Source: Epiperipatus broadwayi (taxonomy: Eukaryota > Animalia > Onychophora). From it: a stretch of 64,000 nucleotides of DNA. Each line of letters starts with the position of its first letter. The first letter of the stretch is position 1. The notes under the pieces are model-generated. The model saw only the letters and a list, made by a program, of their open reading frames with translations. It did no database searches and was not told the origin of the DNA. Below are positions 26,000 through 36,401 of the stretch, piece by piece. The stretch lies in contig JAQFVV010000005.1 of assembly GCA_028023455.1 (NCBI GenBank), positions 12,214,001 to 12,278,000 on the forward strand, written 5' to 3'. Both the position numbers and the translations under genes were made by a program.

Positions 26000-26075
26000 G
26001 TGCATTACCTGGGAATCAAATCCAGGTCCCAAGAAATAAGAATCTTGCATGGTAATATCACTACACCAGCAGCAT
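26000..26075 (-). pseudogene. Degenerate tRNA-like sequence
   Basis: Minus strand TGGTGTAGTG (A-box) ... GGATTTGATTCCCAGG (B-box); anticodon arm unrecognisable. Confidence 0.45.
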
Positions 26076-26835
26076 ATTTCTGTAATGTTGCAAATAGTTT
26101 TATCACGTGTGAAAATGATTTCTCCTTTAACAAAGTGTGTAGTTTCTATGCATAAGCTATATGTCCAAAGATCCTATTAACCAGTGAAATATTCCCAATC
26201 CCTTCATCATCTATTTCCTTATTACCCTTGCCCCATTTTCAATCACCAAATTATACTCCCAGCAGGAATAAAATGCTTTTTTTCTATTTTAATAAAAGCT
26301 AGTTCATTATTTCCACTAGCCCACATTCATATTTCCCATTCTTTTCATAAAAACCTTATAGAAATTTTTTTTAAAATATTTACAACTTTCACTCATTTCT
26401 CTATTATTTTTCCTCAACTCTCCGTTCATTTTTCCTGAACTTTTTTCAACACCCAATAGTTTGTTTTTTTCTAACACTCGAATAAAATTAATAAGATCGA
26501 TACTCTCTCTCAACACTATTACAAAAAAATAATATTTTTTTGCAATAAAGACATTTTATTAGTGTTCATTTATAATGAATTTCAACCACTGGCATTCAAT
26601 ACAAGCCTTCTAATCACTAATAAATTCACAATAGTCAGATACTACTCAGTAACCATGCTTATCAGGTGGTTGCGCTATCTTTTTTATTTGTAAGTCCAAT
26701 TAGAAGATAAATTCTCATAATATTGCAGAATTTATTTTTGACCAAATGTGTGATTCACATATTGATTGTTCATTTCTAAATATTAGCCATTGATACTTCT
26801 GAAATTGAATGTAATTTTGTTTTAGAATTTGAAAG

Positions 26836-27426
26836 TGTCATATCTGACCCTGCCTTCAGAAGTGGACTATTCCAGATTCCTTGCCTGATTGGCTAGGACC
26901 CAGTTGCTATCAACAGGATTAAAACCTTCACTAGGGTTCGCGCACTGAATCCACGTGTTTCCAGTAAGGTAGGGGATCTGCCTTTAAATATTCAGCCTTT
27001 TGGAAGCAGGGCAGAGAGCAATTACTTCTGTTAACCTGAACGACAGAACGTGCTCTCCATTAAACCTTCTGCCATCAGCAAAGATATTTATCTAGTCATT
27101 ATTGAGATGTCCACGCAGTAAGGCAAGTCCACCTACGGACTGGAAACTGCTACGTCTGAACTAGAGCCGACTCGAGGCAAGCTAACTACATAGCTGGAAG
27201 AGTCTTACCAGAACTCATGACGCAGGCTAATCATTAGCTGGAAGCGAGTTCCTTACTCCGCACAATTATCTCAGCAGTGAAGTCTATCAACTGTATTTGT
27301 ACATTTGTTTAACTAACGTGTGTATATATTTTGTACTAATAAATTGTACATATTAATTGCTGAATAGTTGTTCTTTTTGTATCTGTTGGTTTGGAAACGA
27401 ACCTGCAAGCCTAACCAAATACAATA
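26836..27426 (+). mobile_element. Probable solo LTR (591 bp)
   Basis: 5-bp TSD GAAAG (26831-26835, 27427-27431); starts TGTCAT, ends ACAATA; internal reverse CCAAT box, TATA-like TTTAAATA and AATAAA in the expected order. Confidence 0.7.
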
Positions 27427-27429
27427 GAA

Positions 27430-29350
27430 AGAAACGAAAAAAACTGACAATAATAGGGATAGATATTACCTTTTTTCCACCCAAGAATCACGATATAAGT
27501 TACTTTCTAAAATAACATTAAAATAAAATGAAAATAATGACTAGCCCTTTTTACAAAAACAAACGCTGCCTTACTCATGTGATAAAAAAGTTTCATCAGT
27601 AACGGTGACCCACGTCTATTATGCCTACACACTAACTTCGAGCTAGGTTCAAATAAACTTGAAATTTTTTCATTAGGCTTGGTGTTTTTCTTTTAGATAT
27701 CTGTCCGTAACCAATTCTGATAACCATACAATATTGGTTGATAAATTGAAATTTTAGACGAGGAATAAAATAAGGTAGGAAACGGCTCAAATTCTCACCA
27801 TTCTGCAAGACTAATGATTACTGTCTACTCCTTTATTGTTTTTCTGAATGGCTGTTGAGGACTTTGCCCACCAGATGGCTATTTAAAAATTGTTTTACTA
27901 CTTAACATATATACGGTCTCAGTCCATTAAATTTATATTGCTTTTTTTGTTGTTTTTAATTGGTTTACAATTAGCATTTTTTTGAGGGCTTATGTACAAA
28001 TATATTATCAGTCGTTACAAAAATATTGAGATTGCCAGTTTTTTTTTATTACTTTAAATGTTTAAATAACGCTCTATAGTAAAGCATAATAATTCACTTA
28101 ATAATAAAGCTTTAAAATATATTTTTAATTTATAAATACTTTTATTAAAACGTTACCGATTTCCGTAGACCTACTATATAAATTAATACTTTATACATAA
28201 AAGGTATAAATATATAACAAGTGTATGTTAAGCAGGCAATTAGAATCTTACCTAAATTTAAAAAGTATTTTCGCCTTTTTTGTTATTGTTTAAATTAAAG
28301 TTGAATTTTAGATTTAAAAGTTACTTTAAAATACTGTATTTATTTTAGGCCAAAGAAACTGGACATGTGGCGACATCTATTAACGAGTAAAGCACAGAAA
28401 TAATCATCTGCGATTCATTGTTAGAAAATGAAGCGAATTTGTGGATGGTTGGTTAGTAGAAAGCAATTATTTATAAATATGTATAAAGTCTGGATTCCAT
28501 CTCATAATTATGATTGTTCGTTTATATAGTTTTAAAGTCCAAAAGTACCTACCCAAAAAATAGATTAAATAAAATCAAATTACGAAATTCAATAATATTT
28601 ATAAAGACAGCCAATATTTGTCAGACAATTTATAAAGCTTTTACAAGATAAATATGCTCAAAATAATTAATTGCAATTATTATATTAAAAAATATGACCA
28701 AACTGCAGATTATATATATATATATCAGCCGTCTCGCAAATATATATATTTTTTCCAAAATAAATTCTTTTTATTTTCTAATTACAATTTCTGTTATTTA
28801 ACGATATTCGTACTATAGGTGTTTGCTGAAGTCTGAAGTGGTATAATTCTCGCAGATGTATTAATATATATGATCGATTAGAATTCTCGTATGAAACGTC
28901 GCATTGAACTTACAAAACATTCACATTCCTTTATTTTGAGTAATTTTATTCAAGTTTACTGTTTAAGTTAAGGAATTGAATAATTACTTATTAATTCTTA
29001 TTTCCGTCACAAAACTTTACTGCGAAATTTAACCAATCTCCGCTCCGAAAGAAAGAGTTCCCAGGAACCAAATATACATTTGCATACAATTAGTAGAAAA
29101 CACAATTTGATCACCTCGACTCAAATTCAGGCTTTCACTAATAGAACAGCATTCACAAAATATCTAATTTATTTTCGCGCCATCGAGGAATGAGCCATCT
29201 TATATAAGTACTTACATTTTAGATAGAAAGAAAGATCATTCATACGTAATTTTCCGAAATCAATTATTAAAACGTCAATTATGGTTTTGGGGTATGATAT
29301 CGAGATAATGTTAAGAACTTTTTTTTTACGATTTATGGAGGGGAAAAAAG
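27430..29350. promoter_or_regulatory. CpG-island-like region, likely promoter or insulator zone
   Basis: CpG retention in otherwise depleted DNA; CCAAT near 29022; CTCF-core-like motifs at 27868, 28370 and 29177; minus-strand GTAAGT donors near 28910 and 29210. Confidence 0.4.
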
Positions 29351-29699
29351 AATTCTGTGACCACCTTTCTATTTTTTATTATTTGCCTTTTTAAAAATTG
29401 GCCAATTTTAGCCAAAGAGATTTACAAAGTTTCCAGAAATTAAAATACAAAAACTAATCTTTGCTTATATCTAAGAAAAAAAGTTTGAATTTTAAAAGCA
29501 AATAATTAAATAACCTAAATCAATAGGCTGCTGTCATTATATTAGACTGAAGATATCAAGTTTTAAAATAAAAATGGTATATTGATCCAATATAAAAATA
29601 TTTGATGTACATGCTTATTAGAAGTTTATTAGAAAGAACTAAATATCATTATAAGAATATCTGCTAGTGTTTATAAATTTATCAATATTTTAGACCATA

Positions 29700-32430
29700 A
29701 TTAAAATCTCTCAAAATTTAATTCCCATTGTCCTGTCTAAACCTCTTTTCGTCATATCACGCAAGCACATTTTCTTATTTCAACTAAACATCTCACATGT
29801 AGCACTTTCTATATCTTTTACAATCTCTTGACATTCACTTTAAGACTTCTAGAAATATATTCAATCCAGCTTCATTTTAGTATCTTAATTATTTCAATGA
29901 TAGCTGTTTTGTTTTCTCACTTATGTATTTTACTTTGATATTTTTCTTGCTACTTCCAGCCTATATTTTTTTATATTTTGTTAAGTGGGCTGAAGTTTAT
30001 ATTGATCTTCTGTTAAATCCAAGTTTCTGATCTATATTTAAGAACTGATAAAATATATCTATTAAAATTTTGTCTTTTCAAATACATAGACATGCTTTCT
30101 TTTAATATTACATTTTTTCACCAAAAGCACTCCGTCCAAATTTAATTTTATGATCAACTTCATATGTTATGTTTTCATCGTATTAATAAACTAACCAAGG
30201 TATTCATAGTTAATTTCTAGTTTCTGATTGTTAATCTTAATTTTCTTTTTCCATGAAAATCCATTCAATATTAGTTTAGTCTTTTTAGCATTTATCTTTA
30301 ATTCTATATTCTTATTTTCATTTGATAATTCTTGCAATATTTTCTAAAGCTCTGATCATTATTGATTATAAAAACAATCATATCATCTGCAAAATTTTCA
30401 ACATTTAAATATGATTCATGTATGGTTTCCCTTAGTTACTCATTTTAATCCATAAAATAGTTCTTAATAAAAGCACTGTACAAAGTTTTGGAGATATGAA
30501 ATCAGCCTATCAATGTCATCATTCTTACTGTCACCATGTAATATAATTTTCTAGTAACACACTTTGATAAATATTCTTCAGAATATGAAAATATTCTGGA
30601 TCTATATGTTAAAGTTTTAATCACTGGAATGATTATAAAACCAAATGCTTTTTTTATAGCCTTCAAATTCAAAACATAATAGTAATTGATATTTACTGGT
30701 CCTTTCTATAATTTCATTTAATATTTGGAGCTAATCTACTGTGCTAAAATCTCTATTAAATTTAATTTGTTCATATTTGATTTAATTCTAAGATTTACTA
30801 TGGACTAATTATAATTATTTTGATAAAAAAAACTGATAAGTCAGTAATTGCTAATATCTTCTTTATCATCTTTCTTAAATATCAATGTTCTGTATTTTTG
30901 CAATCATCTGACACATCTTTAAAGATATTTTATATACAGTTTTGTTAACAATGTTTCCATTTCTTCATATGTTTCTTTTAAGATGTCAATAAAAATGCCA
31001 TATTTTCAGTTTTTTCTTCTTCATAGAGTTAATTGTACTTCTTTATTTATAATACTTAGAAATTTGGATGATGTTATAAATGTAGAGATTACTTGTTTTA
31101 TTTTTAGTATTACTACATAATCCTTTGCAAAACTTTGCCATACATTTTGTGATATTATATCTCTCTTTAGTAATAGTTCTTTCTTATTGCTGAAAGAAGT
31201 ATCCTTCTAATACTAAAATGTTTTTTATATGTATGAAACTTTTATCCACTCTATAGTTTTATTTATAATTCATAGTCATTATTTTGTTATATAATTATTA
31301 TCTCTTTCTGTATCACTTTACAGAATCAAGTATTCAGTTCTTAATGAATCTTTTTAATATTTTTAGATTCCTTAATTTCTTCATATACTGCCTTTTCTTC
31401 ATTGAAAATTTACTGGTGCATTGTGACTTTCTCGAATCAGCTAACTTTGACCCAGTTCTTAATAAAATATTAGTCATCTTTTTGTTGATATAATATTTCT
31501 TTAAAATATGTTAATAATTTTAAATTATATACAAGTTCTAGTTTATATTCATTGTAATGTTTCTGACAGTTAAGAATATTTACAGTTAATATTGTCTTTC
31601 TTATATAGATTTCATTTTAACTAGTTTTGCATTAATACATATGTCACTAATCAATGATTACTTTCCTGTATTGAATCTATTAAAAACATTAAAGATTTGA
31701 AATATATATTTTCTGTTAATAAAAATATAATCTAATTTTACTGTATCTTCATTTGGTTTCTTTCATGTCTATTTCCATATATTATTTTTTTAAAAGAAAA
31801 AAAAACCATATTTAATAAAATCAATAATAAGTTTTTGACAATTTTTTTTTCAACCCCATTATATGTATTTCTTAAAAATATTGAAAAAAAAAGTTTTTCT
31901 TTTTTTTTGTAAATTTAACAAGTCTATATACTCTCATTTTTGCCACAATAACCAGATTAACCTATAGCATTTGCATCTTTTAAGGGTTATCCAATTCTAT
32001 ACTACACTCTCGTCTGACAACTTTAAAATGTTGTTTGATGTGAGCGAAAGCATTTTGTATATTTACATAAAAAGATCTACTTCTTCTTCAATAAGAACTT
32101 GTTGAGGCATAAATCTAAATTATTTTCCATGAAGTTGAATAACAAATTTTGTCACTCTCTCTGATATTCCATTAATCTCTACAATGTTATTCTTCTATTT
32201 TTTTATTTGTAATAAATTTCACACCTCTTCTGTTCCAATATTTATATCATTATAATAAAATGTATGTTCACTTTTCAAATAAATTGTCTCTTCACCCTTT
32301 TATTCTAACTTCACAAAGTCTTTCTTCATTTGAAAGTGATCAATGTATCAACATCCTTTGCTTCAGTTGCCAACCACTTCTTTAGCCTGATGATTTATAG
32401 GCTTCTTGAAATAAGAATTATATTTTAGCT
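29700..32430 (-). mobile_element. Heavily decayed RTE-like LINE
   Basis: Minus-strand remnants of RQGD-SISPK (~30490), FADDMI (~30385), ETW (~30025) and a W-GH region; boundaries approximate. Confidence 0.55.
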
Positions 32431-33699
32431 TTATTCTTCATGTTTATAAATATTTAAAAAATATCATTCACATATACATTCATTCTACTTCAAAAAAAAA
32501 ACAATCAATGTTTCAGTTAAAAGGCAACTGAGAAGAACACTGCCTTTCTTAATCTTAACGCAAAACAAAAAGTCAGTAAACTCACCACATCGTCTGATAC
32601 AAGTAGGTAAGATTCCCACATATTTATTTGCCATATAAATAATTACATAGTAATAACAGCTGTAATAGTAAGAACATATATAGTAGACATTGGGAATTTG
32701 CCATAATCAATACCTTTAAAGACCCAAAGAGGAATCAAAGAGTCTCTTTTTAGTTAAGACTTTAGTTAAGATTAAAATCCTTTCTGCAACATCTACAAAC
32801 TAACTAGAAAATGAATAATTAAACAAATTATACAAAAGTATATGGAACCAATAACATAATTAATTTAAATTATATCTCATTTTCAAGAGTGTGCACTCAT
32901 TCCCAGTGCTATAAAACCAGTTTATTTGCAAAAATGCTTAATGCTAAGCATATATATTGTGAGATATTTTTTGATATCAATAAAGTGTTCCCAATATATA
33001 TATAAAGCAGAAATTAAAACAATATTAATACTGCTTTATATATTGAAAAAATGAATGTATTTTTTGTGCTGAATATCCTTGTCAAAGGCCACCGAAAATG
33101 CAAGAAGTTTATATTTAATGTATTTCCAAAACGGTACGAGTATTAATCTTTAGTACATTTTAGATCATCTTTTTTTTCAATAAGATTTAATGAAAGTCAA
33201 CTATCATGGTGTATCCATTATTAGCAGAAAATAGGCATTCTATGTTAAGGATTTTTAAAAATAAATTGTATTATAAGAGGAACCAGACCAGAACTTTTAA
33301 TAGTATAAAAATAAAATTTATTTATATATGGAAATATATATTTGTTTGTTCTGACTAAACATAATCATAAATAAAAATATACTATTTGTTTTAGAAAGTT
33401 TATTTCTTGTGTGTAAAATAGCTGCAACTTTACCATATAATATAACATTACATAAACAAATAATAACAAAAGAAAAGCTATTTATTTTGGAATACAGATA
33501 TGCTACATTTGGCAGGTTTGTAAAAAGTAGTCTTAAACCACTAAACATCACATGATCTCCATCTCTTATGCTAACACATAACTGTTATTAAACAGGCAAA
33601 CGTGACGTGATGTACTGTAGCTTCTCATTAAATGGAGTCAAGAATCTCTCAACAATTATGCCCAGAGAAACCTGTTAGCCACTTTATTTTCCATTCCCC

Positions 33700-35880
33700 A
33701 GTCTGAGTTTTCCCATATTCTGCTCCATCCCATTTTCCACAACATAATCTTTGTCAACTCTATGGCCTTTATATCTAAATCATCCTTATCTTTTCCCAAA
33801 CCCAGCATGAAAAACAATAATCCACTTTCTGTATAATCACTTTTTTCATATTCATTCTTCTAACTTCATTATATGGGCCCTTTCTCTTTTCAAGTATTTA
33901 CATTCAACTAACAGATGTCTAATATTTTCTATTCCTTCCTTACATAATTTACAGCCTAAATTACCCATATTTTTCCACTTACATTAAACAATAAACTGAG
34001 AGAGTGCAAACCTTTCAAGCACTTAGCTAATCAGATCGCAAATACTGAGACAGAGAATTTAACAAAAAAAGAGTGGTTCCACTCTCTTCTTTACATGTCT
34101 TTCTATATATCCAAGCTAGTCCAATTTCAATACTGTCTGCGCTTCGTAAAATAAATATTTACATATATTGCTGCAAGTTATAACATCGAAAAACTACTGT
34201 GTAGTAAATCGAAAGATTTCATCTGTAGGTTTATAATTAGAACTCGGTGAGTTGAGTGTGAAGATATTTAAGATTCACACTTTCAGATCTAAGTACTTTG
34301 GACTGGCTTGGATATATAGAAAGACAAGTGAAGAAGAGAGTGGAACCACTCTTTTCTTGTTAAATTCTCTGTCTCAGTACTTGCGATCTGATTGGCTAAG
34401 CACTCTCTCAGTTTAATTTCAATACCATCTGCGCTTTGTAAAATAAATATTATTTACATATATTGCTGCAAGTTATAACATCAAAAAACTACTGCATAGT
34501 AAATTAAAAGATTTCATGCTGTATTTTTATAATTAGAACTCGGTGAGTTGAGTGTGAAAATATTCAAGATTCACGCTTTCAGATCTAAGTACTTTGGACT
34601 GGCTTGGATATGTATAGAAAGACAAGTAAAGAAGAGAGTGAAACCACTCTTTTCTTGGTAAATTCTCTGTCTGAGTATTTGCAATCTGATTGGCTAAGTG
34701 CTTGAGAGGTTTTCACTCTCTCAGTTTAATTTCAATACCGTCTGTGCTTTGTAAAATAAATATTATTTACATATATTGCTGCAAGTTATAACATCGAAAA
34801 ACTACTGCATAGTAAATCGAAAGATTTCACACTGTATGTTTATAATTAGACCTCAGTGAGTTGAGTGTGAAGATATTTAAGATTCATGCTTTCAGATCTA
34901 AGTACTTTGGACTGGCTTGGATATGTATAGAAAGACAAGTAAAGAAGAGAGTGGAACCACTCTTTTCTGTTAAATTCTCTGTCTGAGTATTTGCGATCTG
35001 ATTGGCTAAGCGCTTGAGAGGTTTGCACTCTCAGTTTAATTTCAATATGGTCTGTGCTTTGTAAAATAAATATTATTTACATATATTGCTGCAAGTTATA
35101 ACATCGAAAAACTACTGCGTAGTAAATCGAAAGATTTCACGCTGTATGTTTATAATTAGAACTTAGTGAGTTGAGTATGAAGATATTTAAGATTCACGCT
35201 TTCAGATCTAAGTACTTTGGACTGGCTTGGATATATAGAAAGACAAGTAAAGAAGAGAGTGGAACCACTCTTTTCTTGTTAAATTCTCTGTCTCAGTATT
35301 TGCGATCTGATTGGCTAAGCGCTTGAGTAGTTTGCACTCTCTCAGTTTAATTTCAATATCGTCTGCGCTTTGTAAAATAAATATTATTAAACAATAAACT
35401 ACTTTCCTTACTATTATCATATATTAACTTGCACCTAATATTCTGTTTATTTCTATTTATATATATATTTAAACACTTTTTACTCTCCATACTAGTTCTC
35501 CATTTCTCCAACTCCCTATTCTTTATTAATAAATCCTATTCTTTTATCCCATTCCTTACCACTATAACACTCAACAATCCTCCTAATACAATCATCCCAT
35601 CTTTTGTACAAATATACTGATATAAATTCTTTATCCAAATCTTTTGCATACTGCATTACCTTTCTCACCCATCTTGTTACTCATAACCCAATTAAATATT
35701 ATTTTGGCTATTTTATTATCGATAAACTGTAATCTACCAAACATTTTTTTTTTCATGTGTCATAGCATCGGCTGGGAAGCAAATCCCATCTTGTTACCAG
35801 TCCTTTACTCATAACCCAATTAAATATTATTTTGGCTATTCTTTTATTATCGATAAACTGTAATCTACCAAACATTTTTT
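33700..35880 (-). mobile_element. Old LINE 3' region (RT C-terminus and CCHC finger) interrupted by the tandem-array insertion and a SINE
   Basis: RWVRKVMQYAKDL, KWRTSMESKKCLNIY, YDNSKESSLLFNVSG (continuous once the array and one TSD copy are removed), then after a frameshift CKLCKEGIENIRHLLVEC (C-x2-C-x8-H-x4-C). Confidence 0.75.
33998..35385 (+). mobile_element. Retrotransposed tandem array of a ~312-nt unit with 5' inversion
   Basis: Units start at 34125, 34417, 34730, 35040 and 35351 (partial); inverted partial unit at 33998-34124; 15-bp TSD ATTAAACAATAAACT at 33983-33997 and 35386-35400. Confidence 0.9.
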
Positions 35881-35915
35881 TTCATGCGTCATAGCATCGG
35901 CTGGGAAGCAAATCC
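35667..35915. repeat. Local ~130-bp tandem duplication including the SINE 3' half
   Basis: CCCATCTTGTTAC...TCATAACCCAATTAAATATT...CATAGCATCGGCTGGGAAGCAAATCC present twice. Confidence 0.85.
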
Positions 35916-35968
35916 ACTAAGCCAGGACAACTGCTTGTAAGGCATCTGCGCTGACCTCTCGACCACCA
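35874..35968 (-). mobile_element. tRNA-Val-derived SINE, copy 3
   Basis: Minus strand TGGTGGTCGAGAGGTCAGCGCAGATGCCTTACAAGCAGTTGTCC...CCGATGCTATGACGCATG-A8, close to copy 2. Confidence 0.8.
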
Positions 35969-36401
35969 CCTCTCATGCAAAACTCTCTCTCCATACAGTA
36001 GTCCCACCCTGTGCCAACTAGAGTATTCAATGGATGCCAGAAGGCTTGTGCATAAAATCTCTATCTAGTGTCTACTCATCCAATATCCCCAAACTAGTTT
36101 CTGGCTTGTGGCCTTTGAGCCTTGGATCTGAGAGCACTGCATCCCAAGATCTGCCCCTAAGTGCTCCTGTGCAAAAGTTTCGAATTTCGATTGCATTTGC
36201 GCATAAATGATATACATCACACATATGGGTCTGTTTTCTTTCTCTTTGCCATCTTTTTAGCTTTTTACATGTGTAAGAATTTTTTCTCTGCGATGAAAAC
36301 TCGATTTTTTATAGCTTTTTTTTGTAAAGTACATTTTAAAATTTTACAATTTTTTTTACCTTTTTAGATTTAGTAAAGGTATTATCAAATCTACAGGGAA
36401 A

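Noticed and set aside
33991-35350. TIR (fold-back) DNA transposon reading of the array
   Set aside because: The forward array runs past the apparent right TIR, and the true boundaries are fixed by a 15-bp TSD, which fits TPRT with twin priming better.
33998-35385. CRISPR array or canonical hammerhead retrozyme
   Set aside because: Eukaryotic context with no unique spacers; no CTGANGA...GAAA core on either strand of the unit.
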